From: Tubiluchus corallicola
Lineage: Eukaryota > Animalia > Priapulida
Assembly (NCBI GenBank): GCA_030141605.1
Contig: JAQGDQ010000496.1
Coordinates: 1 to 64,000 of the forward strand
DNA: 64,000 nucleotides
Direction: 5' to 3'
Shown here: piece after piece, positions 1 through 15,600 of the stretch
Position numbering within the stretch: position 1 is the first letter of the stretch
Layout of the letters: every line of letters starts with the position of its first letter
Made by a program: the position numbers and the translations under genes
The notes under the pieces: generated by a model
Told to the model about the DNA's origin: nothing
Databases searched by the model: none
Seen by the model: the letters and a program-made list of their open reading frames with translations, nothing else

Positions 1-2879
1 CACTATTTTTAAATTACATTTAGATAGATCAGTGAGGTGGAAGAAAACAAAAAGAATTGATTTCTGTGACGCCGTGTAATAATTAAGTCAGGACGTTAGG
101 AAATCAGAGTACTATGTTCAGGGTTCTCGAGCGTTTTCGTCACTTTTGTACGTCAAATTTACAGGATAATCATTTATTTGTGTAGGCTACGCGAATCCAT
201 GTCACTGGTGAAACACTTGTGCAAATTGTTTAATCAGAACCAAAATGGAACTAAGAACTAATATTTAGATTTTGAATCTAATCAGTAAAACGACAATAGC
301 AAAATTAAATTGATACCTAATTCCCTCAAAAGTAACGTTGGCCGGCTACGCTTCTGTCTCTCGTCAGGCTTTTAGATCTAGTAACCACGCATTCCAGTCT
401 CTAACCATGCTACATCAGCTGTTCATCTTCAATAGACAGCCACGTCCTCGCCAGCAACTCTTTGCCAATGGTCACCAATCCAGCCTCCGAAGCTGCTCCA
501 GCTATCCAGTGGTTAAACTCGTACCTGGCTGCCTCAGACTCCACGTAATAAAGCCAGATTTCATCCTTTTGCAGAGTGACAAACAGAACCTTCAGTTCAG
601 ACGAACAGACAGACCATTAGTCCAGGTAGAACTTCAATCATGTGGTGCTCGACTGGCCTTCCACTACTATCCAGGGAGAATATGAGTCCTGTTCTGCAGG
701 TAGAAATATGGTTACTAAGCACTTGTCTCTAAGAATGTCAAGCCACTGCTGTCACAGCAAACAACGAATAAACAAAATTAGACAAAACCATTGTCTTTGT
801 CATAAATCATCTCACTGCATGCGAGTGCCATTAAAGACAGGTGAACTTGGTGTTCAGCCATATAAAATAACCTCAGGATGTGGACTAACCAGCAAAACTC
901 CACTACCCTGTAACTTTGACAGTCAGAACATATCTAATGTAAAACACAAACTCTGTAGTAAGATCCCAAAACAGGTTGAAGCCAATTGGTATTGGAATTT
1001 TCAGGTAACCTAATTACAGGTAAGCAGAGAAATGAGCGTCCAGAGACATCTAGTGTCAAAATCTCACAAAACACACAATATTCTATAAGTTTAAATAAAC
1101 AGTGCAATAAATCAATAAGGTACTTAGATAATTAATTATGCACACATAACATCATACGACAGATATGTCAAAATAGGTGTTGCGACAATGATGGCTGGTA
1201 TAACCGATCATCACAATTTCCAAAACTGTTGCTCACAGTTAATAATTTTATTTAAATAGCTCAACATGGTTATGAACCTACTCAAAACAAAGCACTACAA
1301 AGATGGCTACCGCAGCCATAATAATAATGTAATGTAATGTAACGTAGTGGAATATTTGTAATGTAACGCAATGTAATATTTAATTCATCGCATTTATAGG
1401 TTTTATTGAAGGTCTCAGTCAGTTGAAACGTTCACACTCTATCAAACTTAATGTTTTTCTAATAATTTGCTAACCAGTTTTTAAATTTAGTTACATGAAG
1501 CCACTGCATAAATAAACTGTTTTAGACTGAGTAAACAGAATGATGGAACTTCACAACCGATGAAATTAAAAAACTATTAAGCATATTCTACGCAACAACC
1601 TTGGCCTTGGCCTTTGTTTCGCATTGCGTTTGCGAAAAAGATTTCAATGGCGATTCTAGCTGTGTCTCTCAGTTTGTGAGTCGGTTTTATCTGTTTATCG
1701 GTTAGTTGGTTGATTAGTCAGTCTGTCGAGAAGCAAGTGACAATCCTGCTTCAATGATTGTTAGTACCTGTGCTGTACGCTTATGTAACAGTATCATCAG
1801 ACAGCTTCCAAATTCAGCCGCAACAAAGGCAAAATTTATCAAAGAGAAACTAGACTTTGATGAGAAGCTATGCTCTTCTTGCCCCGGGTACAGAGATGGA
1901 CTAGCTAATCAATCGAAATGTCATCGAGAAACACCAAAGCCGATAACTATTAGTCTAGACAAGCAATGGAGCGTGGTCCTGAGTAACAATTAGGTGAGCG
2001 AGTTCAAATGAAAAACCTCGTGGAGAAACGCAGAAACGCATCAAAAAGGTAAAAAAAGACAATAGCGGCGATCTCACTAAAATTGTGTCAGTGTTCAGTA
2101 CACCAAATACTAATGATGAAATTCATGACCCACAAATTTTTAAACCTTTTTAAACCTTTTTAAATTTGAAGCCACGACGTTATTAAATTGCTTTCGAACG
2201 TCTAAATGACAACGGGGACTGAAATTCGCCCCGTTCATCCAAATCTTTACACTTCCAATTTCGTTCTGGAAATACATTCAGGGGAAAAATAGCGTTAGGT
2301 AAATGTAGAGTAAATAACTACTTAACCAAAAGAAATGCCTATAAAAGTATTTTCATAGCTTTCGTAAGCATGCTTAAAAACATAATAAAAATTTGTTCAA
2401 TTTCGATTTTCGGCAAGGGTCAATTTAGAGACGACGTTTAAGATAGTTCAGCATGAGAATTTAAAATGGTTATCTCCATTGATATTCAATCTAAAATGGC
2501 ACTACTTTTATCGAATTGCAAGTTTTTAGGCTCAAGGCAAACAATGGAGTTGCCCGTAGCCTATTTAAGATAGCTTTTACGTCTGTTCTTAGTTCTTTGG
2601 CTCAAGGAATTCGAAAAAGTAATAATAAAGTGTTAACTAATCATTTGTTTGTAAATGAACGTTTAATCTATAGTTGTTTGTTCAATTAAAACTTTCTAAT
2701 CAGCTATAATGACCAATTCATTAAAAACAATAAACACCAGAAGAGTCCGAAATATTCCGGTAGCCGCTTTTCAATCTTATTTTGGAAGTCGAAACAACGT
2801 AATAGTACGTTCAGTGTTTGCTCCTGTTTCTTTCTTTGAGTCCAGACACTTTATGATTAGACACTGAAAAAGTTGAACA

Positions 2880-3582
<703 letters not shown>

Positions 3583-3840
3583 AATTTCGACAAACCAATA
3601 TCTCAAACACTGACAATTTAAGACATTTGAGGTTGTAATTAAAGCAGAACCTGTCCACCATTTGAGAGAACAAAGATTTGGGGGCGCGTAAAATTAAAAC
3701 AGGTTTTTCTTTAAGTTTGACTTTTGTCTGATAAACAATTATCCGCAACTGAAAGGGCCAATCTTCTTGTGAAATTAGACTTGATACGTGGACGGCAGAT
3801 ATAGGAATTAAATTTTATAAACAATAAACCAAAAAACACA

Positions 3841-4113
3841 TATCAGGCAAAAGCATGCATGATGTACGGTAAAATGGACTAAAGTTATACATTGATTAAT
3901 GTCGGGCAATGAGGCTTCAGACTTTAATAAAATGAAAAAGTAGTTTAGGTAAACCGTTTTCCTCTCCTTTATTAACAAAAGAGAGGAAAAAGTTGTGTCT
4001 ATTCTAATTTGCTATCTTTCAGAAAGCCTATAACTTATTGCCCGACATTAGCCTGCATGTGTGCAACACTAGACCAGTTTACCTTATTGCATGAAAATTT
4101 CTTTGCTATGATA
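3841..4113. mobile_element. Old palindromic MITE-like element
   Basis: Nested inverted matches: taatgtcgggcaat (~3897) vs attgcccgacatta (~4036); gtaaaatggacta vs tagaccagtttac; tatcaggcaaaag vs ctttgctatgata. Confidence 0.55.
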
Positions 4114-4605
4114 CCTCAATGATCATGCTAGAAATTTGATGATGAGTGGAAAAGAAGAACAATAATACTTTGCCAGAAATGAAAAGACCTCTACGAAAGC
4201 AGTATATTCGTGCTCTTATAAACTCCAAAGTAACGCATTAAGAGCTATATTGGGGCTGTTTTGCATATTCAAATAGAGATGGCACGGCTGTTCAAGCAAG
4301 TAACATTACTGGCCCTCTATAATTGAGTATTATGTCAAATCAGAGAAAATTATACATAATTTATTCCACATAATAAGAGCACAACATATCTGTAGTAAGC
4401 TATGTACATTGGAGTTTCTCCATTTTTCTTAAAATTTAGCTAATTTTGGCTAAATTTGGAAACTTATGCCTATAACTATTTATGAGTGTGTCATTTCGAT
4501 ACTCGTTTTATGCTATTCTGCAAGTGTGATCGTCATTCGACGGCAGAGCTTCGTGTAATAGATACCTGGTGGCCTGATACCAGTTTCTTTATTCAACTAA
4601 GTAAA

Positions 4606-4951
4606 GACACTGAACCGGTAGCGGTGTGTCTAAACCGGTGAACTTGTGTCTGAACCGGTAGGTGTGTGTCTGAACCGGTAGACTTGTGTCTGAACCGGTA
4701 GACTTGTGTCTGAACCGGCAGGCTTGTGTCTGAACCGGTAGGCGTGCGTCTGAACCGGTAGACTTGTGTCTGAACCGATAGACTTGTGTCTGAACCGGTA
4801 GACTTGTGTCTGATCCAGTAGACGTGTGTCTGAACCGATAGACTTGTGTCTGATCCAGTAGACGTGTGTCTGAATAGGTATAGCTGCGTCTGAACCAGTA
4901 GGCGTGTGTCTGAACCGGTAGACGTGTGTCTGAACCGGCAGAGCTGTGTCG
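4606..4951. repeat. 20-bp minisatellite (GACTTGTGTCTGAACCGGTA), ~17 copies
   Basis: Exact 20-nt periodicity visible across consecutive lines. Confidence 0.95.
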
Positions 4952-6678
4952 GTCACATTCAAATGGGTGTACGTGTTCACCTATACCGCTAAGGTGAACA
5001 CGTGTGGCAAGCGACACTGCCTAGAACGAATATTGAACCAGCAATCACACATTCATGTATTAACCAAGCTCTGTTTCGCCTAACTTCGGCTACTAATCAC
5101 ACAAATTAATCACTTGGACAAATTCTTCACCCATAATATTAGAATGCGAAGTTACATTTTAGCTAATCCGGCGGCTGCCCTCCCAGGGCTAACGAATTGT
5201 GCATTTCTACAGCAAAAGCTGGTCATTTTCAGGGTAAATAATTCTATTTTAAAATTTAAAAATTTAAGATATCACTATTCAAAACCTGCTTATATGCTGC
5301 GCCACCTCTTTTTACTGGCTGCAAATAAAGTGTTTCTTCTACGACGAATTATTTTTAACTTTTAATAATTTAAAGTTAATCTAATACCCGCTATCAAATT
5401 TAGTTTACCAAACCACATACACTCTTTTTAAGTATATGGACAATGGAGATCAATGCACTGAGAAGATTATAAACATGTTTGAAAAAAGAAAACACAGATG
5501 ATCACCATTATTTTTGATGGGAATGTCTGAACCATTAGAAACAGTACCTTTGAAAGAACCCGGATGTATACTCCGTGAGAACACAAACCTCTGGTTTGCG
5601 TCTTGCTGGACATGATTTTTTTAGTAAACGGTATTGTAATTTGGACTTCTTGCATTTGTATACTAATGCTATTGCAAATACTGTATGTTATACTGAGTAC
5701 AATTATATATAAATATAAATAAATATAAGCAAATAGGCCTATTATAAGTATAAATATTTTCTTTTTATACTCGTTTGTCAGTCTCTTATCCTACATATAC
5801 TTATTTATGCATGTACTTATTTGGAAATCACTCAGACGGGACAACTGGGAAAACTTTCAGGGCAAATTTTGTCTGCCCTCTTGTGAAACTTCCTCCAGTA
5901 CGCCTAACCATCTTGCACTGCTGTATTTGCACGCAACAAAGTCCTGGTAGAGTTTATCATAGCACTTTATATAATACTCGTAAATCCTGAGTGAGTGCAA
6001 AGAACGCGCTACCGTTATAAACTGTGATCGCGTAATCTGCAGCCATGAAACGACGTACGCTTTTGCTGGGAGAAACTTTATCTCCAGTATAGCTGCTGCT
6101 ACTGTGTAGTAGTTCCAACAGCAATTACAGTTAAGGGTTCAGACGAAAGTTAGTAGCAGTGTAATCAACATCATTGCTTCGTACATGCAATGCAGAACAA
6201 GTGTGGACAACGTTGGTAGTGTCGTAGACGTACTTCAGTAACAGTTTATGTTTTTTCTCGCACTGATTTTATTCACACATTAATGAGGTGTTTGCTTGTC
6301 TTGATGATATTGAAACGTTTTGATAATTCACGGAAGCTGAGGGTGGTACCTAAGTGGTGTTAGTATCTAACAGGCGTGTGGTTGTTAGAACATTATTAGA
6401 GCCATCATAAGACCTTGTTACCCTGTGTCATCTTTGTAAGTTATGAGTCTATGTTGGTTACGCCTGTGGTACTACATATGTGACGAGTGCTGAAATTAAC
6501 AAACATTCGTGTCATAGCTTCAGACCTGTGCTGATGGTTCTTCAAGCAAAAGTCAAAGTTAAAGAATAATTTGACTTGGGATGGCTGTTGCCCATTCTTG
6601 TGTTGAATAAAATGAGTGAAGTTTCACAAAGGAAGAAGTGGATGTAAATTCTACTTGGATTAGCGAACTAACTGCAAG

Positions 6679-6694
6679 ATGAAAGATAAACAGG
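6679..6694 (+). CDS. ATP13A3: ATP13A-like candidate first coding exon A (MKDKQ-G)
   Basis: ATG AAA GAT AAA CAG G then GTATGA donor; phase 1 fits the acceptor at 14125. Confidence 0.45.
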
Positions 6695-9600
6695 GTATGA
6701 TTTCATAAAATGATAGGGAACAATTATCATGACGTCTCGAAACATCTGTAGAAACAGTTTGAATGAGATGCTAGATAACTTTTCTTTACAATATCAGAAA
6801 GTCAATGTAGAGCAATCAATGAGCTACGCTGCACTTTTCTGAAAAACGCTTTTTGTGGTTCCTGATTTTTAATTTTAATCAAAATACTGAATTAACAACC
6901 TCTGACTGAATGAGGGCCAAATGTCATTACTTCAATACGATACGTTTATCTTAGAAAAATTGTTCTGTTTACACGAACAGGATAACTTTTCATGATAATC
7001 GTCATTACCCTCACAAAAACAAACTTTGACTTAGCGCATCAGTTGCAAATTACATACTAATGCTGCTTGAACATGGTTTCCGTGCACCAACATGGCTGGT
7101 ATTTAGTCACACAAACGGCAAAACTAATCACCTCTAGCATCTTACTAAGGCAAAAATTTATGCTCCAGGCATTTTAACGTTACTTAAAATACCTGCATTA
7201 TATGATCGTCATTTGCTTATGAAAATTCTGTTTTCTGTTTCGTGGGTCACATAATTTTTTGTAGTCTACATCTGGAAGAAAAACTGCAGTAGGAAGGCAT
7301 CCTACCCAAGTGACATAAAAAGATATTGTTTATATAATCGCACAAAAATTAATCTTCGTTGTAGTTGTTTTGCGACTAAAATATCTGTTTTAAAAGGTAT
7401 ATGCTTCCTACTGTTTAATAAATTAAAATAATATTTTTTAATATATATATAATTAATTTTTAAAACAGCTTCATAGGCCTGTTACTTAACCAGCTGTTGT
7501 TTATTATTGTAGTGATAAGTGTTAATAGTATAGAGGACCTGCGATGATTCATCGCAAACGCTTAATGTAGGGCGTGTCTAAAATAAGCACCTGTAGCGAT
7601 TTTAAATCAGCAATGTAACTCTGTTCGATTTTTTACTTTTGCAGCGTACAACTAATCTGTTATTCAGCAAAAAATCTGCCACACATAGGCAAACACACGT
7701 GTAAAGCTTATACAAATAATTTTTCAAAATGCGTTTAATAAAGCATAAACAACATTATGAATTTGCTTATTGTTAATTCATTATTACTAACCCTCAACTG
7801 CCACCATTGAGCAGGTAACGAGGTGCGTTTGCTATGCAGCATGAATGAATAAAAATTTCTCCACAACAACTTCAGGTAAGCTGATCCAAGTGTTAATAAT
7901 TGTGTGACTGACTTCACTATGGTGATTAGAAAATTACTGCCGAAAATGAATAACTGCATCACAAGCGGCAAGCACTAAACGTCTAATCGCGACTTTTTGC
8001 TCAAACACCATGATGACGTCATTATTCTGGCACCAAATGGCTCTTATGTGAAGTTTTGCTACAAGAAAAGGGGTACAGGAAGTAGGTTTCAGAAAAATCG
8101 TCTTAAAAATATATTACTTTATAGCAATTTTATTTGCATATCGCACTCGCATTGAAAGGACTCTTTGTTTGTTTCTATTTTATAACTCTCGCAATACTGT
8201 TTCGACCGCGCCATTGCAGGACATATACGCACAACGCAAATCAGGGGAAGAAAAGGAAATGTCAAACTACGCCCACAAAAAACTTTCCATGCAAAGTTAT
8301 ATTATTTAGCATTTTGCTTACCTGCTTGAAAGACTTATGTAACTAGAGAAGAAAATTATTAATTATTTAAAATGTTTTCACCAGTTGGTGAAATGTCGTT
8401 GACTCAACTAAAGGGGGCACTGCTCACTAACCAAAAAACGTATTTTTAAGCTTATTGAAAAGGGACTTTGCTTAAGTTAGTTACGTATGCGCTACGAATA
8501 CTCTGATTATTTTTTCAAACTTTACTCAGTGTTATCTAAACTAGTTTCAAATGTCTTATCGTCAAAATGGCTGCGTCTAACGGTCATCGGGGGAGTTTAA
8601 ATTTACATGTTTTATACAGCGTGACTGCCAACTGAAGTCCTATATGTAAAAAGGTAGTATGTAAGTGATATAAAATTTCAAGACGAATTTTTTAAGCTTT
8701 ATGTTTATGAAGGGTTTTCTTGTGCTTTAACATTCTAAACATGGTGCACAATACTGTGAAGATCTTGTATGTGCTCAGAAAGCAGACGAGACAGAAACTG
8801 TCAGTTGCATAAAACGAATACCTGATTTTTGAAGCTACGGAATTACTCTTGTGTAGCTGACTGTTAACTACGATCATCAACTAGCCTAAGAAGCTTCAAA
8901 ACAGAACTAAAATAAACTTTGCTAACAAATTGTCAAGACCAGCCTGTAAAACGATAAACTAATAACTCCTAAAGACTATCCTTTTATATTACCAGCAATT
9001 TAAAATATTAAATTTTTTATTTTACAATAAGAAAACTGACAAACAAAAGCGAAGAACAATCAGCCTACTCAATCGAAATTAATTCTCTTATAGTCTTTAA
9101 TCACTTAAAATTGTACATATGTAAATATGAATGTTAATATATAACTTTCTTTATAAATTTGTGTATTATACATAAACTTAATTTTAAAAGTACTTTAATT
9201 GCGTGCAAAATTTCTGAATTGTACAGTTTAAGTGTTTTTTACTTACTGACATCGCTTCATCAATATTTCTAATCATGTACAATTTATTAACAATTTGACA
9301 CTATTGTAAAACACCAGACCAGATACTGAACATACACAATTATTTATATGTATTGTGATTTTATTATTGTACATTTTGTGTATGTAAAATACTTTACAAT
9401 AAAATGACTCTTTGCAATAAAAGTCAACTTCCACTTAGTGGCTGTGAAAACCTGCTTATGCAAAGATTTTCTTAAACCGCCAGGTGCCACAATCAACTGA
9501 ACGCGAACAACGAAAGCAGTACTAAATTAGAAAGTCTAAAATATCTTCAGATTTCCAAGCAGTTCTGCTAAGCGTTACACTGCAGAGCTAATCTGGCTCA

Positions 9601-12600
9601 CTATAAGCCATTAGAAGTCTATCAGCAGGTAGTCACAGTCCACAGTGCATCAAGACCTAGTACAATATCAAGCATATAAACGTACGCATTCAATAAGAAA
9701 CCTAAAATCTTCTGCTTTTCAGACAAGTATGTTAACTATTAACAACGGAGATATTTTGGCTTTTCAGGCTCAGAAAAAACTAATGTACGACGGCGAATGT
9801 GTCTTCTGCCTTGACTTTAATTGTAGTAATACTTAAGTCTTTGTCTTTGCGCTTTATTTTAGAAAATTGTCAACGAAGAACCTTAGCGCTATCAGGACTA
9901 TCTTTCATATCCTACTCCATTTTGAAGTACGATAAAATGTATGCATTTTAACACATGTAATAATGCCAAAGTATTTCTGATAATTAAATATCAGGTAAGA
10001 GCTTAATTAACGGCGGGCGAGCCCAACTAGTGATTACATCACAAACGAACATACTTTTCAGCAGCACAAACATTCAATGAGCGTGTTGAAAGTGTGTGCG
10101 AAAGCGAATATTGAAGTACAGAGCTACTGTACAACATTTAGTGGAATATACAAAAACTCGATAAACTTTATGATACAATTTGAAATTTTAGATTTACCGC
10201 TGTGCCACGCATGAGTGCTCGAACGTGTGCATTACGTCATAAAAGAACACGTCTAAACTGAGAGGTACAGCACCTATTTTGCATTGAACGCGTTTGCGAA
10301 ACGCAGGCTGCAGTGCCCATCTAACTAACGAATGGCGAAATGCATGTAACAGCGAAGAACTAGCCGCGGGAACACGAAATTATTTTTGTGTCGCAATAAC
10401 TCTTTCATGTAAGTCGTTCATTAAAAAATGATATGCTCCCTTTCAATATCTTAAAGAGTAGATTGTTTTGATCTACAGTTCAGGATTGGGTGCGCTTTTC
10501 CTTTAAGGAATCTTATAATGCTTTCAGCGTGAAATAGTGCAAGACGTTTCTATCTTAAATGAGGCACAAGAAGCTTAATAAACTTAGGTAAACTTGACAG
10601 AAGCGTTTATTGGACGTAAACTATACGCTCGCCTTTATAATATAGAAATGAGATCTTTTGATATACGGTCTTCCAGCGTTCAGTAAAGTAAAGGCAGAGT
10701 AAAATAATAAAACATTATAACTTGCATTTTTAAGTTGCATTCACTACATAAAAGAATACAGGGCTTAACAGTCGTTTAAATAAATGAATGGGCTGTTTCC
10801 TGGCTTTTTTCTTTTGCCTCAAGATCATAAATGAATTTGCCATGCTAGGCAGTATGGTCACCTAAGAATTATAATATTTCGTTTCAATCAAATTGGAGCT
10901 TGTCACTTTTGGACCCGCAGCCCCAAGGGTCAGGGCTCTGAAACTCAAAATATTGTCTTCACTGAATTCGTCACACTTGATTACCTACTAATAGCATTTC
11001 ACTTTAATGAAATCAGAACTTGTTGATATTTTGACCCGTCGCCTTGGATCAGGAGTCAATCAATCTCGGGTCAAACTACACCATTTCATTTTTCTCACAA
11101 AGACCCATCATTTGATGTACTACAAGCTATTGTCGCTCAACAATGGAAAAATGTCTGTACCCGATCTCTCTTTTTCAGGTTTGACCCATAACGAAAATTT
11201 TTTCTACATCTAAATAACACATATTTAGCTCCGGGCAAGAACTCAACCCTACCTAGCCAGAACCAAAAATTGTAGCCTAGATCAAAAATTGTAAGAGCAG
11301 ATAGAGCCTAATGAAAAACGGAGAGAGGTCTACTGTCCTTGACCCTTTGACCCAAGGTCATCGTGCAGTATTTCATTGTCTGAGCCCATATCCCAGGCAC
11401 CAGCCCCACAAATTTCTTGAAACTAGCTCATTTACCTTTCTAGTTATTGGCGAAATCCTATTTTAAAACATTTGTCCATGTCACGTGTGCTGGCCAGCCC
11501 ACTTCTCGAAAAATACTAAGTCTTCGTCTAGTCTTACTTAGCTACCCATACTTGCAAAAATATAGGCTTCTTGTCTTAGTCTGCAAGAGGAATTGAAGGA
11601 CAAACAATTTGCTCTAATTTTCAAGTAACGACTCCTATCATGGTAAGACTTAACCCAGAGGTTACTCTTCAAATACCATTATCTGAACATCTATCTCAGG
11701 TATGAACCGTGCAAGTTTCATGACTTTACCTGTTAAACTTTATGAAATTATTGACGTAACCCCTTTTTAACATTTTGCCTCTGTCACATTACCTGCCATG
11801 CCCACCTATCAGAAATGCTTAGTGCACATCTACCCCGGTTATTCACAATGCCCACAGGTTCAGAAAAATGCTTTCCTAATCCAACACTGTAACAAGAATG
11901 AACTTACAAGGCCGTTTGCTCAATGAAGTCTTCTTGAATTTAAAATCGTATATCAAAAATCTGACTCTGTCAGTCGATGCTGGATCAATTCTAGTAAAAT
12001 TCTTTCGAGTTTCATGATGACCCGCTGCGAATTGACGGACCCTTAGGTTTTTTTTGAAATTATGTTATCGCCCGCCATCTTGAATTAATAGTGGCAGATC
12101 CGTCTCCGTCAGTTGACGCGGAACTCGTTCCAATACAGTCTTATAAAGTTTCGCGATGATCCATTGCGAATGGCAGAGTCTTAAGTTTTTTCGAAAATAA
12201 TGTTTTCGCTGTCATCTTGAATTCAAAATGGCGCGTCGAAAATCTGACTCTTACAAAGTTTTATGACAATCCATTGCGAACTGGGGAAGCTTTGAGCTTC
12301 TTTTAAAAATTATGTTTTTGCTGTCATCTTGAATTCAAAATGGCCTCTATCAATGGAAGTGGAATTTGTTCGTGAGAAGTTTATAGGTTCTAATATATTC
12401 GGAGAAGTTTTATAACTTGCGAATTCACGGAGCCTTAGTTTTTTTCGGAAGGTAATCACCAGCAACAAGAACAAAAACAAGATCCAGATGAGTAGCGATT
12501 TGGGTCGAACAATCAATCCTCCTCCAAAAATCGCTGCTGCTCTCTTGAAAGTTCTAAGTAACTGGTTCAGCCCACCATAATGCATTCAAGCTTTTAGAAA

Positions 12601-15600
12601 TCCGCCATGTGCTTTGAGTGAAAACAGAAAACACATGTATCTTCTTACTACGTCTACACGTTTTTATAGGTTCAGGTCAAACGGCTGTTTACATAGTGCT
12701 AGTTTCGAAAGTCTGGCGGGTAGCTACAAACGTGTCAACTTGGAGCGTACCTCGCAAACTAGGTGAACGACTAGGACCTAATCCCTTCTTAGTAAAAACA
12801 AGCTTAACTGTTTTTGGTATTATAAGCTGGTAAACTCCGCACAATTTAGCAGCAAGTATACGGTGTAATAGGCAAACTCTGTAGAAAGGAAGCACTTTTA
12901 TATTTTTAAGCGTTTCTTTCAATATATTACCGAAAGCGCAATTCTAAGATTTTTTACAAGTCGCTAGTGCTTTCTTAACATAACGTCTATTGTCATGTGC
13001 GTCCACGTAATAGATTACAGCCATTAGGTCCCAAACTCCTAAACAATTACTGACGTAGTTGTACCCGCCTGAAGCACATTGCTTATGCCCAGATGCATAC
13101 CTAGTACTACGTGTACAAAATTCTGCTTCAATCACGATTTAGGTCTAGCAGAACAAACAAGAATTACACTTAAATCAAGTTTTTAGGTTTACGTGACTTT
13201 GAGCAGTAAAAGTTTACTGCTAGGTCACTGTTAAACCATAGCAAAAGAATTAATTTGTTTGAAAGATTAGGTAATACTATTTATATACATTCGTGGTTAC
13301 ATTGCTTCCAAATTCATTTCATTTGGTGACAGTAATAATGTCATGCTAAATATGGCACAAATGCCATAAATGGAAAGACAGACTTGTTTTTCTCCCTTTT
13401 CTGCCAAACAGTTTATCCTATGTCACATTTACTGTGTCATTATTATCTGTGCCGTTATAATCTGTGCCATGTTTACCTATATTCGCTTCACACATATCAG
13501 TGCAAGAATTCAATGCTCTAAATTCTATTTCCATTTTTATTATTTTGAAAATTGTATGAAAGTGTGTGGTTTTCGTTTTCTGAGCATTAACATAACTTCT
13601 ACTGACTTGTTGCTAGTTAGTGTGTCAGTCAGTCAGTCAGTCAGTCAGTCAGTCAGTCAGTCAGTCAGTCAGTCAGTCAGTCAGTCAGTCAGTCAGTCAG
13701 TCAGTCAGTCAGTCAGTCAGTCAGTTAGTCAGTTAGTCAGTCAGTCAGTCAATTACACCAGTTTAGTTCATGGTAAAAATGATTAGGCGTCAAAGAAGAC
13801 CCTCAAAATCTCGGGCCGCTACTAATTTTGCGTAATATAGACCTGGAGCACATTGCACAAACAGTTTGTTTTATTATTCAAGAAGTACGTTGGCAAAGAA
13901 CAGATACGTAGATTAACAGGCAAGCAATGTCAAAATAGACATATACGCAGATAAAAAGCATCCGTTGCAATTTTGTAACTAAGGAACTATGAAATTAATG
14001 CGATTTTGAGGGTTTGGGACTGGCAGTATAGTTCCGTCATGATTACAAGCTGCTTACAGCTGAACTTTAATTGGAATGTTTGTAAACTCTGAACATAAAT
14101 ATTTTCTCCTCTTCTTCGTTACAGGAAAACCGAAGTTTCCGACAGGCGGTCCTCCGTCACTGAAGCCAGGAGTGGAGTACGTCAATTCTGGCTGCGAGGA
14201 TCAAATGGTACGTCAAACTCAAATTGTTAACGCCGTTTCCAAAAGAGCAAGCGACCGCTTGTCTAATTAAACCACAATTAGGGACAGAAAAAATAGAAGA
14301 GTAGCGTAAAATTTCGTACCCAGCTGGCAGCACAGATGCAACGATGTAGCAGCTGCCTGAGTGCTGCCAAGTCTGGAATGTTAGAAATCTCTGCAAGGCA
14401 CGTATTATCGTTAAACAGAACATTTTCAAAATGTATGCTACAAAAATACAGAACAAAATATCTTAAACGCCTCGCTGATGTCTTATTTCATAGACATCTT
14501 GTGAATGTTGACCACCCCACAAGCGCACGTGACCTACTTTTGACATTACGCCAATAAACTGCTAATAAAACAAAGACAGCTGGACTTCATTCCTTTTATG
14601 TTTATCTTACATTTGCTGTTCTTTATCATTTGCTGTGCTTTGCTTTTTACTTTACTTTACTTTGCCTTGCTTGCCTTTATTTTACTTTACTTTTCTTTTC
14701 TTTTCTTTTCTCTCTTTACTTTGCTTTATTAAAATAATGAAATATATGCAAGCACTAACTTATTAATAAATAAACTCAATATTTCAGTTGAGTTTGTCTA
14801 TTAATAAATCATCTCTTACACCCATTTAAGCATTTCAGTACGCTTCTGGGTGCTAGTGTACCAATAAAACTGTCTTTCGTTTTTCTGTTCTTTGCCATTT
14901 ACTAGTCTTTGGTTTTTTTCCTTAGCTTTACTTTACTTTACCCGCTCTGCTCTGCTCTGCTATACTCTGCTCTGTTCTGTTCTGCTCTGCTCTGCTCTGC
15001 TCTACTCTGCTCTGCTCTGCTCTGTTCTACTCTGCTCTGCTCTGCTCTGCTCGGCTCGGCTCGGCTCGGCTCGGCTCGGCTCGGCTCGACTCGACTCGAC
15101 TCGACTCTACTCTACTCTACTCTACTCTGCTCTGCTCTACTCTACTCTACACTATTCTACTCTGCTCTACTCTGCTCTGCTCTACTCTACTCTACTCTAC
15201 TCTGCTCTGCTCTGTTCTACTCTACTCTACTCTACTCTACTCTACTCTACTCTACTCTACTCTGCTCTGCTCTGCTCTGCTCTGCTCTGCTCTGCTCTGC
15301 TCTGCTCTGCTCTGCTCTGCTCTACTCTACTCTACTCTACTCTACTCTACTCTACTCTACTCTACTCTACTCTACTCTACTCTACTCTACTCTACTCTAC
15401 TCTACTCTACTCTACTCTACTCTACTCTACTCTACTCTACTCTCTACTCTCTACTCTACTCTACTCTACTCTACTCTACTCTACTCTACTCTACTCTACT
15501 CTACTCTACTCTACTCTACTCTACTCTACTCTACTCTACTCTACTCTACTCTACTCTACTCTACTCTACTCTGCTCTGCTCTGCTCTGCTCTGTGCTCTC

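Noticed and set aside
4589-5017. Repetitive ORFs or a CRISPR-like array
   Set aside because: Head-to-tail 20-bp units with no unique spacers and no cas genes, in a eukaryotic context; the ORFs follow from the repeat.
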